Below are positions 37,133 to 44,621 of a DNA stretch of 46,248 bases, in pieces. Source of the stretch: Candidatus Nomurabacteria bacterium (lineage in GTDB: Bacteria > Patescibacteriota > Minisyncoccia > Phycocordibacterales > CAIZLB01); contig CALRFG010000007.1 in assembly GCA_943356525.1 (NCBI GenBank), positions 1 through 46,248 of the forward strand, written 5' to 3'. Made by a program: the position numbers and the translations under genes. Every line of letters starts with the position of its first letter. Position 1 is the first letter of the stretch. The notes under the pieces were generated by a model that saw only the letters and a program-made list of their open reading frames with translations, was not told the DNA's origin and ran no database searches.

Positions 37133-37170
37133 GAAAAATCCCCGGCATCTTGCGATGCTCGGGGGGGGGG
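37133..37170 (-). terminator. Strong intrinsic terminator after the 121-aa ORF
   Basis: The minus strand reads C10 ... CCCCGAGCAUC-GCAA-GAUGCCGGGG followed by AUUUUUC. The stem is 10 bp with one bulged A and a GNRA tetraloop. Confidence 0.7.
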
Positions 37171-37183
37171 TGATCAATGCAAT

Positions 37184-37549
37184 TTACTTGGATATTGATC
37201 TCGATGTTTCCATCATGAAGAATAAAGTGGCCATAGCACCTGTTTGCTTAATTTCTTCGAGAAGATGGAATGCTTTCAGGAAACGAATTACTTCGGCTTG
37301 AATTTGATCTCGATGTTGGTTTCGCTCGTCTTGTTTTTCTACCTCTTCGACTATGGCCGAAAGTGGCATGATCGAGGCTGCGGTTGAGATATCGCCGTCA
37401 GTGTATAGTAATCCTTTGTAATAGAGAGACATTATGAGCATGTTTGGCCGAGTTTCGTCGGTTTCAAATACTATATTAATCTTACTTCCTGGTGCAGGTA
37501 ATCCAGCTCTTCTTTTGCCAGTAATAATCGTTGTAAATGTCCATTTCAT
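37184..37549 (-). CDS. Hypothetical protein, 121 aa (orphan)
   Basis: The ORF has its own promoter-like element and terminator. Its GC looks higher than in neighbouring genes. No family recognised. Confidence 0.6.
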   Translation of the reverse strand: MKWTFTTIITGKRRAGLPAPGSKINIVFETDETRPNMLIMSLYYKGLLYTDGDISTAASIMPLSAIVEEVEKQDERNQHRDQIQAEVIRFLKAFHLLEEIKQTGAMATLFFMMETSRSISK

Positions 37550-37596
37550 AGTTTTGTTATTTTTGTGTAGTTTTCAGTATTTTCTAAGACATAAAA

Positions 37597-37624
37597 ACCA
37601 TATCACACTCACTCTAAAAGTCAA
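37597..37624 (-). promoter_or_regulatory. Sigma70-type promoter for the 121-aa ORF (TTGACT, 16 nt, TATGGT)
   Basis: The minus strand reads TTGACTTTTAGAGTGAGTGTGATATGGT about 45 nt upstream of the ATG. Confidence 0.4.
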
Positions 37625-37764
37625 ACAATACCCCAAAGCCGTCCAAAAAGGGTAGGGAATATAACCCTTTAAAATCCACCTATTTTAGCTATAATATAGA
37701 CATTTTATCATATCCATTATCTAATGTGTCTATATTTGACACCTCCTGATTATAGTGACATAAC

Positions 37765-37793
37765 TTGCTTTTTGACTCCAAAGATGCTATAAT
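37765..37793 (+). promoter_or_regulatory. Sigma70-type promoter for the lysozyme-like gene (TTGCTT, 17 nt, TATAAT)
   Basis: Read directly: TTGCTT at 37765-37770 and TATAAT at 37788-37793. It lies divergent to the promoter of the 121-aa ORF. Confidence 0.5.
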
Positions 37794-38143
37794 AGTGTCA
37801 CCACTGTAAGAGTGGTTTTCAATTTGTGCAACCTATGCTTTATCTCAGACGGCATCATTTCTCAGGATTATAGTCTTACATAATCAATCTGGTTTTGGCC
37901 TTTCAGAAGCGGGTAGATAAAGTAATTGAGATTACAAGTTAAAACAAGCTTATTTTACAAATTACATCAATAGCCTTCGTATCACTGGTATCAGCTGGGT
38001 TTATTAACACAACTGATATTGATACAAGCGCTAGTCAAAACAATATTATTTCTACAAGTACGGAAATAGTAAGTACTACAACAATTAGAAGAAAAATTAA
38101 CGTAGAATCTAAAGTCAAAGCCTATTTCTCTGATGCACCCATA

Positions 38144-38413
38144 ATGCATAAAATTGCTTATTGTGAATCAAGAAATAGACAGTTTGATAAAGACGGTTCT
38201 GTGTTAAGAGGTATAGTAAATGCTAAAGATGTTGGTGTTTTTCAAATCAATGAAAGATATCACTTATCTGACTCAAAAAAAATGGGTATAAGTATACATA
38301 CCATAGAAGGTAACATGGAGTACGCTAGACACTTGTACGAGAGTCAGGGTACACAACCATGGTCATCTTCTCGACCTTGTTGGGGTAAATACGAAGCTCT
38401 TGCTTTAAGATAA
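38144..38413 (+). CDS. Lysozyme-like (SLT/Rpf-type) transglycosylase domain protein; the frame is open upstream to 37943
   Basis: IAYCESRNRQF...GVFQIN...QGTQPW...PCW resembles the catalytic-Glu CES and G.FQI pattern of lytic transglycosylase and Rpf domains. The upstream in-frame extension encodes a hydrophobic signal-anchor-like segment but has no ATG, GTG or TTG. Confidence 0.6.
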   Translation: MHKIAYCESRNRQFDKDGSVLRGIVNAKDVGVFQINERYHLSDSKKMGISIHTIEGNMEYARHLYESQGTQPWSSSRPCWGKYEALALR

Positions 38414-38426
38414 TAATATAACAAAA

Positions 38427-38460
38427 AGCGTCACTTTCTTAAGGTGAGGCTTTTTGTTTT
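38427..38460 (+). terminator. Intrinsic terminator after the lysozyme-like gene
   Basis: AGCGTCAC-(9-nt loop)-GTGAGGCT, an 8-bp stem with one mismatch, followed by TTTTTGTTTT. Confidence 0.6.
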
Positions 38461-38471
38461 TCTAGTTTTGT

Positions 38472-38505
38472 AAAAAAAACGACCCAAGTCCGTTAGGACA
38501 AGGGT
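38472..38505 (-). terminator. Intrinsic terminator after the 220-aa ORF
   Basis: The minus strand reads ACCCUUGUCC-UAAC-GGACUUGGGU (8 bp plus a 2x2 internal loop) followed by CG and U8. Confidence 0.6.
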
Positions 38506-38519
38506 GTTAGATTTTGGCA

Positions 38520-39182
38520 TCATAGGGTATTAAGCCTGAGTGTTGATTTTTTTATACCGACGATTAGATTCAGTTGTCTTGCGCCTTTGTTTTTTTTTGT
38601 TTTCAAGCTAGCAGTGTTTGATTCTTGGTTTTCCAAATTTATCGGATTGTCTTCAAATTTTATAGAATCATCACTTGGAGACCAAACCTCAACTTCATTA
38701 AAAGCTTTTTCTAACAAAGATATCGCTTGCGGTAAAGGTTTGGTTTTACCCTCTCGGACACGAACGGAGTACTCTAGACGTTTCTGAAGTGTTGATTGTA
38801 TTTCAGCTGAATTCATCATTGACCAAGAAACCTTGGAGTCTTCTTCCTCAAAAGTAATCCAAATCCTAACAAAAGGACCTTCAAATATTTTGAAGGAAAA
38901 AATTTCCCCAAGTCTAATTCTCAAGAGTCCACAGTGGCTTCTTAGTAAATCGATAACAGTAAAGTTATCAGAGTCTCGTCCACTTGTTCGTAAAATTGCA
39001 TATTCCCCTCTAAGACCTCTTAGTGAGCGGAGATCAAATAAACAATCACCTGGTTTTTTTTGGTCATTTAATTTAGACAATACTTTTGAGATGTTTCCTC
39101 TGATCCCTTCATCAACAAAGAGTTTTGGTTCACCTCGATGACCCTCACTAAAATCTACTGTAAACAATTTAATCATTTTCAT
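38520..39182 (-). CDS. Hypothetical protein, 220 aa (orphan)
   Basis: Long ORF with its own terminator. Its GC looks higher than in flanking genes. No motif recognised. Confidence 0.6.
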   Translation of the reverse strand: MKMIKLFTVDFSEGHRGEPKLFVDEGIRGNISKVLSKLNDQKKPGDCLFDLRSLRGLRGEYAILRTSGRDSDNFTVIDLLRSHCGLLRIRLGEIFSFKIFEGPFVRIWITFEEEDSKVSWSMMNSAEIQSTLQKRLEYSVRVREGKTKPLPQAISLLEKAFNEVEVWSPSDDSIKFEDNPINLENQESNTASLKTKKNKGARQLNLIVGIKKSTLRLNTL

Positions 39183-39315
39183 ATGTTTCTTTATCTTTTT
39201 ATCTGTAGTATATTCAAAATCCTTTATATATTATATATAGGCTGGCACACGCCAGGTTTTTAAAGGACAACAACGATATAGTGCCATAATTTTTGTATAA
39301 AATCAAGTAAAAGAC

Positions 39316-40173
39316 CTAAAACCCCACAAAGTCACTTTCACTTTTACCTTCAACAACAACTCTTTCAATCTTATCTTTACTCATTTTCTTTATTTTAACT
39401 CGCTTAAAATCCTTATTTATATAAAACACTTCAGGCCAGAGTTTATAAGCTTGATATTTTTTATAGATATCTTCAATTGAATCTTTGTCGGGGAATATCT
39501 CAGCATCAGGCTTTTGTATCATTTTTGTATAAGTGGCTTGGTCATGATTTTGTTCTATATAAACAATTTGTTTATTTTCGTATTTTCCTAAAGTCTCTAT
39601 AAGTAAATCAGCAGCAACTTTTGCCAAAATATCCGACAATTCTTTCGTAGAACAAGGCCAGATATCTTTATTTATAGAAAATTCCTTTTGAGCAACGACC
39701 GGACCATGATCCATTTGCTGATCCATTTGTATTATAGTAACTCCAGTATCTTTTTTATTTTCTAAAATAGTATTTTGAAGTGGTGCAGGACCACGAAACA
39801 TTGGTAAAATGGATGGGTGTATGTTAATAAAATCGACAGTTTTTAAGTCTAGTAAACTTTGGGGTAAAATCTTTCCATAATCTGCGACTACACAGATTGT
39901 GTTTTCAGTTATTATTTCTTTGAATTTTTGCAAAGTCTCCTCTATTCTTAATTTATCTGGCTGAAAATAGGGAATATTATTTTCTATAGCCATCATTTTT
40001 ATAGGTCCCGATTCTATTGTTTGATGACGGCCTATAGGTTTATCGCAAGATGTGATTATGTACTTTGGTATAATATTTTCTTTTAGAAGATTTTTTAAAA
40101 CAGCTTCACCAAAAAAACCTGTTGAGAAATAAATAAATTCTATTTTTAATTTAGTATGATTTGTATTCTTCAT
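39316..40173 (-). CDS. fmt: Methionyl-tRNA formyltransferase
   Basis: Formyltransferase core (INIHPSILPMFRGPAPLQNTIL, catalytic HPS/D pattern, GVTIIQMDQQMDHGPV) and position immediately downstream of def. Confidence 0.9.
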   Translation of the reverse strand: MKNTNHTKLKIEFIYFSTGFFGEAVLKNLLKENIIPKYIITSCDKPIGRHQTIESGPIKMMAIENNIPYFQPDKLRIEETLQKFKEIITENTICVVADYGKILPQSLLDLKTVDFINIHPSILPMFRGPAPLQNTILENKKDTGVTIIQMDQQMDHGPVVAQKEFSINKDIWPCSTKELSDILAKVAADLLIETLGKYENKQIVYIEQNHDQATYTKMIQKPDAEIFPDKDSIEDIYKKYQAYKLWPEVFYINKDFKRVKIKKMSKDKIERVVVEGKSESDFVGF

Positions 40174-40174
40174 T

Positions 40175-40702
40175 TTAAATATAATTTTTGTTTATTTCTT
40201 CAGGTTCTATATATTCTATATCTTTAGCTTTATCTATGAAAAGTTCGCCTATTAGATGATCGCATTCATGCTGAAATATATGTGCTAGTAGACCACCTGC
40301 ACCCCTTGTTTGTTTTTGTCCTTTCTCATCATAATATTCCAAGGTTACATTTGTCGATCTCAATACTTTCCCATAATACCATCGAACAGATAGACAACCT
40401 TCGCCGTCTAGCCATTTTTTTGTTTTAGAAAATTTAATGATTTTAGGGTTTATACATACGAGATCATCGACAGGTGCGGATATATTTTTATTTAAAACCC
40501 TTTTTGAAACAATAAAAATCTGAAGAGGGATATTTACCTGCGGAGCAGCTAGACCGACACCATCACTTATGCCATCCAATGTATCTTTCATGTCATTTAT
40601 CAACTTTTGCACACTCGAAGACATAATTTCCTCAATAGGAACAAAATCTGAAGGGTTGTCTAGAACAGGATTTCCTTTTTCTACTATAGATAAAATTGAC
40701 AT
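40175..40702 (-). CDS. def: Peptide deformylase
   Basis: The three PDF motifs are present: GVGLAAPQV, EGCLS and HECDHLIG. Confidence 0.95.
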   Translation of the reverse strand: MSILSIVEKGNPVLDNPSDFVPIEEIMSSSVQKLINDMKDTLDGISDGVGLAAPQVNIPLQIFIVSKRVLNKNISAPVDDLVCINPKIIKFSKTKKWLDGEGCLSVRWYYGKVLRSTNVTLEYYDEKGQKQTRGAGGLLAHIFQHECDHLIGELFIDKAKDIEYIEPEEINKNYI

Positions 40703-40714
40703 ATATTGATATTA

Positions 40715-42364
40715 CTACAGTAAGTTTCTACTATCAACCTCCACTTTTATATAAGCTGGCAACGATTTGATATATTGTGTTATAGGATTTTTCAAATATT
40801 CTTTTTTATCTAGCAGTATATGTATAGTAGTTTTTATTTTTTCTTCTATTTCAAAATATTTCTGGTTGCGATCCAGATAGTTTTTTACAATCTCTAAAGT
40901 TTTTTTACTTTTTTCTGTTGGTATAGATATCTGTATGTGAACAGAGTAGGGAGGTAAGTTAAGTTCTTTGAGTTCTTCGTCATTTTTCAAAACATTAACT
41001 ATATCTTTTTTATTTTCTTTTATATATTTCCAAAAAATATTATCAATATCTCGTGTTTGTATTATAAAATTTTTATAAAATTGATTTGATATAAGTGCTA
41101 CTTTCTTATATATATCATATTCCATATTATACATTGGAATAGAAAACAAACTCTCAAGTGAAATTATAGCTATATTATCAAATATAAAATCTAAGCAAAT
41201 AGCTTGATTTAGTAAAAAATCATTACCTATAATTATTACAGGTCTTTTATCCTCATTCATATCCTTTAATATTTTCTTTACTTGAGTTTTTGTATGACTT
41301 TCATTGTCTATTTTTATAATATCAATATTAAATTCTTTTTTAATTTCTTTATAAATAACTTCTATTGATGCACCAAGGGATAAAAGATTCGGATTGAAAC
41401 AAACCGGACAAGGTGAGTCTATGTTCATCGCTTTATGGTTATTTGGGCATCTATATTTGAACACATCACCCTTAACTTCTATTTCTAGATTTTCAGAACA
41501 TTCAGAACATTTCATAACATGCTTACAGTCAGGACAAATCGTTTGTGATGCAAAACCCTTTTTCAATGTGTAAAGAAAAATAGATTCGTTTGTCTCTTCT
41601 ATCTTTTTTAAGGCAGAAAACAGTTCTGGTGATATTATACTTAACTTATCCTTATATATCTCATTATCTAGATTTTTCTTTTTTATTGCAGTTTTATTTT
41701 TAATATTTTGCTCTATAATGTATAGATTTTTGTCTTTAATACTTAAAACTGTTTCTATTTCATTAAGTATTATTTTCTTCCTTATGCAAAATTCTCTTAT
41801 AAAATATCTATAATCAAATTTTTTAAATAAATGCACATAGTACTCTGATTCTACATAATAAACGTTTACTCTTTTAACATTATTATTATCAATTTTATAT
41901 AGGTCTATAGGTAATATTTTATTTTCCAGATTTGTCTTAGGTTGTAAATATTCTTGTATTGGAAATACATTTATTTCTGTTTCAGCTGAATTGTTTATAT
42001 CAACTCTGTTTATATCAACTCCGTCAGTTAAACTCTCTAAAATCTTTTTAGGTATAAGTTCAGAAAAAACTTCACCAAATGGTTTTATATAATAGTTGCT
42101 TGTTTTTAGAACAGAGAAAATAAATTCTTGAGAAAATAACTCGAGTTTTTTAATTTTCTCAATTTTACGAATCTTAAAATCTTGAGATTTAATAAATTCC
42201 TTAGCTTCATTTACAGAAATAATAGAATCGATAACAACCCAAATATTTTTGTTTTGTAAAGGTGCTTCTATTATATTCCCGATCTCAACATCTTCGTTTA
42301 TCCAATAGGTCAATGAATCAGAAAAAGTCTTTTTTAGTATGGGGTAAACTTTGATACATTTCAT
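40715..42364 (-). CDS. priA: PriA-like primosomal protein N' lacking recognisable helicase ATPase motifs
   Basis: It has a PriA-like N-terminal 3'-DNA-binding pattern and a four-CxxC zinc-binding region (CPDCKHVMKCSEC...RCPNNH...CPVC). It also has a LNLPPY...C-terminal domain and lies in the conserved priA-def-fmt order. No GxGKT/S Walker A, DExH or QxxGRxGR motif was found by eye. Confidence 0.65.
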   Translation of the reverse strand: MKCIKVYPILKKTFSDSLTYWINEDVEIGNIIEAPLQNKNIWVVIDSIISVNEAKEFIKSQDFKIRKIEKIKKLELFSQEFIFSVLKTSNYYIKPFGEVFSELIPKKILESLTDGVDINRVDINNSAETEINVFPIQEYLQPKTNLENKILPIDLYKIDNNNVKRVNVYYVESEYYVHLFKKFDYRYFIREFCIRKKIILNEIETVLSIKDKNLYIIEQNIKNKTAIKKKNLDNEIYKDKLSIISPELFSALKKIEETNESIFLYTLKKGFASQTICPDCKHVMKCSECSENLEIEVKGDVFKYRCPNNHKAMNIDSPCPVCFNPNLLSLGASIEVIYKEIKKEFNIDIIKIDNESHTKTQVKKILKDMNEDKRPVIIIGNDFLLNQAICLDFIFDNIAIISLESLFSIPMYNMEYDIYKKVALISNQFYKNFIIQTRDIDNIFWKYIKENKKDIVNVLKNDEELKELNLPPYSVHIQISIPTEKSKKTLEIVKNYLDRNQKYFEIEEKIKTTIHILLDKKEYLKNPITQYIKSLPAYIKVEVDSRNLL

Positions 42365-42381
42365 AATAATTTGATATTATG

Positions 42382-42387
42382 TATAAT
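42382..42387 (+). promoter_or_regulatory. -10 box (TATAAT) 7 nt upstream of ATG 42395
   Basis: The sequence reads TGTATAATAACATAT-ATG. Confidence 0.45.
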
Positions 42388-42394
42388 AACATAT

Positions 42395-43936
42395 ATGAAA
42401 AATATCATAAATGAAATTGATCCAATTGAAACCCATAGTACAGACGCAAGTATTTTTAAAATTATACCTCGTCAGGTTATATTTCCTAAAAATGAATTGG
42501 AAATAATCGATATTATTACTCACGCAAAGGTGAATAAAAGACATATATCAGTAAGAGCTGGAGGAACATGTATGGATGGAGGCTCTTTAAACAATGATAT
42601 TATCATAAACCTTACAAAATATTTTACAAATATAAAAATTAACCAATATTCAAAATCTATTGATGTTGATATGGGAGTTTATTATAGAGATATTGATCAA
42701 GAAGCTTTAAAGTACAATCTTATGTTTGCACCGTACACATCTTCGAAAGTTTTTTGTGGCATAGGAGGTATGCTTGGAAATAATGCATCAGGAGAAAAAA
42801 GTATAAGGTTTGGTGCTACCGTAGATAATGTTTTATCTGCTAAAGTTTTTCTCTCAGATGGTAAATTGTATAATTTTGAAGAAATATCTGAAGAAAAATG
42901 TTTAGAACTTTCCCTACAAAATGATTTTATAGGTAATATACACAAAGAGATTCGTCAAATATATAAAACTTTTGCAAATGATTATGTAAAAGCTATAGGA
43001 AATGTTAGTAAATCTGCTTCAGGTTATAAACTTAATAGGATATTTGACAAGGAAAAAAATACTTGGAACCTTGCTAAGATATTTATAGGAGCACAGGCGA
43101 CTCTGGGTATTATACACTCTGCAAAGCTCAAACTTGTTGAAATACCAACACATACGAGACTTATCGCAATACCTATAAACTCACTAAACTCATTACCTGT
43201 AGTTTTACAAAAAATAGTACAGTACAATCCAGAAAGTGTTGAAACGTTTGATGTTAACACTTATACAATAGCAAAAAGTTTTTTACCTGAAGATACAATG
43301 AGGATACAGAAATATTTTTCTCGTAATGAGCAGTTGATTGTACTAGCTCAGTTTGATAATGACGATACTGCAAACAAATTCTTTTTAGAGATAAAGGATA
43401 TAGAAATTAATTCAGAGTATATAAATGATGAGAAATTGAAAGCTAGCTTATGGAATATAAGACGTTCAGCATTTAGAGTTATGGGTAATAATGTTTATGA
43501 TAAAAAAACTAAGAGGGCTGTTCCTTGTATAGAAGATATTATAGTGCCTATAGATAAATTTGATGTGTTTATCCCAGAACTAATCGCTATTTTAAAAAAG
43601 TATAATATAGAATATGGTTTTCATGGACATATAGGAGATGGGTCAATAAGAGTTATACCTATTATAGATTTTGAAAATAAAAAAGAGGCTATTGATCAGA
43701 TCATAAACTTGTGTGATGAGGTATTTTGGTTAGTTAAAAAAATGGGGGGTAATATGTCAGCGGATCACAGTGATGGGATAATAAGAACACCTTTTTTGAG
43801 AGATTTTTACGGGGATGATCTTTATGAAGGGGTAGTAGTTGGGATAAAGAAATTGTTTGATCCGGACAATATATTTAATCCAGGGAAGAAAGTAGGTGGG
43901 GATAAGAAGGGGTTGTATGAGGTTGGGTTAAAATAG
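42395..43936 (+). CDS. FAD-binding oxidoreductase (GlcD / D-lactate dehydrogenase-like, FAD_binding_4 family)
   Basis: PCMH-type FAD domain (ISVRAGGTCMDGGSL, GIGGMLGNNASGEKS) and a C-terminal FAD-oxidase domain (HGHIGDGSIRV, ADHSDGI, DPDNIFNPGK). ATG 42395 is preferred over TTG 42371. Confidence 0.85.
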   Translation: MKNIINEIDPIETHSTDASIFKIIPRQVIFPKNELEIIDIITHAKVNKRHISVRAGGTCMDGGSLNNDIIINLTKYFTNIKINQYSKSIDVDMGVYYRDIDQEALKYNLMFAPYTSSKVFCGIGGMLGNNASGEKSIRFGATVDNVLSAKVFLSDGKLYNFEEISEEKCLELSLQNDFIGNIHKEIRQIYKTFANDYVKAIGNVSKSASGYKLNRIFDKEKNTWNLAKIFIGAQATLGIIHSAKLKLVEIPTHTRLIAIPINSLNSLPVVLQKIVQYNPESVETFDVNTYTIAKSFLPEDTMRIQKYFSRNEQLIVLAQFDNDDTANKFFLEIKDIEINSEYINDEKLKASLWNIRRSAFRVMGNNVYDKKTKRAVPCIEDIIVPIDKFDVFIPELIAILKKYNIEYGFHGHIGDGSIRVIPIIDFENKKEAIDQIINLCDEVFWLVKKMGGNMSADHSDGIIRTPFLRDFYGDDLYEGVVVGIKKLFDPDNIFNPGKKVGGDKKGLYEVGLK

Positions 43937-44015
43937 GTTTTCTTTGTTACTGCTCCCTGAACTACCTTTTGACGAATTGATTGCAATAGGAAAATATTAA
44001 TGATAAATTTAGCAT

Positions 44016-44582
44016 ATGTTAATTTTATTAAGAACAAAGCTAAAACATGGTTTTACTTTAATTGAACTCATGGTTGTCATTTCTATTATATCTTTTATGT
44101 CAACTATTGTTCTTGCCAGTCTGAATGAAGTCAAAGATAAAGCTATAGATACAGTCACAGTCTCAAATCTTCAGCAAATAGATATGGCAATATTCCAATA
44201 TAAAATGGATAATGGTAATTATCCCCCTCAAACAAATCTAAGATCATATGATTGCAAGTGTAATCCTAATTTTATTCCGTTTCTTGTAGAAAAGGGATAT
44301 ATGTCGAAATTTTCAAATTCGGACTGCCGTGGTAGTCCTAATGGTTATAACCCCAACGATATATGTTATCTTAATAATGAAGGCAATATCGGAGGTGTTG
44401 CAGTTAATAGAGTTGAAAAGAATAACATTATGGGTCTTTTATGTAATGATAAAATAGACAGCGCAAATCCTCAGTATTATGCTTACAAGGCAGCCATGGT
44501 TTTTTACTTAAAAAGTGGTCCATCAGATAAATATCGTAAAGCAAGTTTTAGTCGACTCGTAAACGTGATTTGTTATGAATGA
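44016..44582 (+). CDS. Type IV pilin / pseudopilin (third copy, divergent globular domain)
   Basis: The signal ...LKHG|FTLIELMVVISIISFMSTIVLASL precedes a Cys-rich C-terminal domain. Confidence 0.85.
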   Translation: MLILLRTKLKHGFTLIELMVVISIISFMSTIVLASLNEVKDKAIDTVTVSNLQQIDMAIFQYKMDNGNYPPQTNLRSYDCKCNPNFIPFLVEKGYMSKFSNSDCRGSPNGYNPNDICYLNNEGNIGGVAVNRVEKNNIMGLLCNDKIDSANPQYYAYKAAMVFYLKSGPSDKYRKASFSRLVNVICYE

Positions 44583-44621
44583 ACCCTTCTTAAATAATAT
44601 TTAAATATAAAATTTCTAAAA

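Noticed and set aside
37647-37670. Hairpin AAAGGGT-(10 nt)-ACCCTTT in the islet's central spacer, considered as a possible small RNA or terminator.
   Set aside because: It is a 7-bp A/T-flanked stem with no clear transcript ending there on either strand. It lies upstream of both divergent promoters, so the evidence is insufficient.
37794-37942. The ~150-nt leader upstream of the lysozyme-like gene as a possible c-di-AMP (ydaO-type) or other riboswitch. Such elements precede cell-wall hydrolase genes in some phyla.
   Set aside because: I could not find the conserved ydaO core sequences or a convincing pseudo-symmetric fold. There is only a 6-bp hairpin (ACCACU-GUAAG-AGUGGU). A covariance-model scan (Rfam) would be the decisive test.
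36920-39200. A 10-bp string, gtttctttat, present near both edges of the orphan islet (~36924 and ~39185), considered as possible target-site or att-like direct repeats.
   Set aside because: The match is short and AT-rich in ~30% GC DNA, so it is likely chance. No integrase, recombinase or tRNA fragment is associated with it.
39241-39261. Small hairpin CTGGC-ACAC-GCCAG followed by GTTTTT between the 220-aa ORF start and the fmt stop.
   Set aside because: The stem is only 5 bp. The T-run is on the plus strand, where no gene ends. On the minus strand after fmt there is no U-tract. Its role is ambiguous, so it is not called as a terminator.
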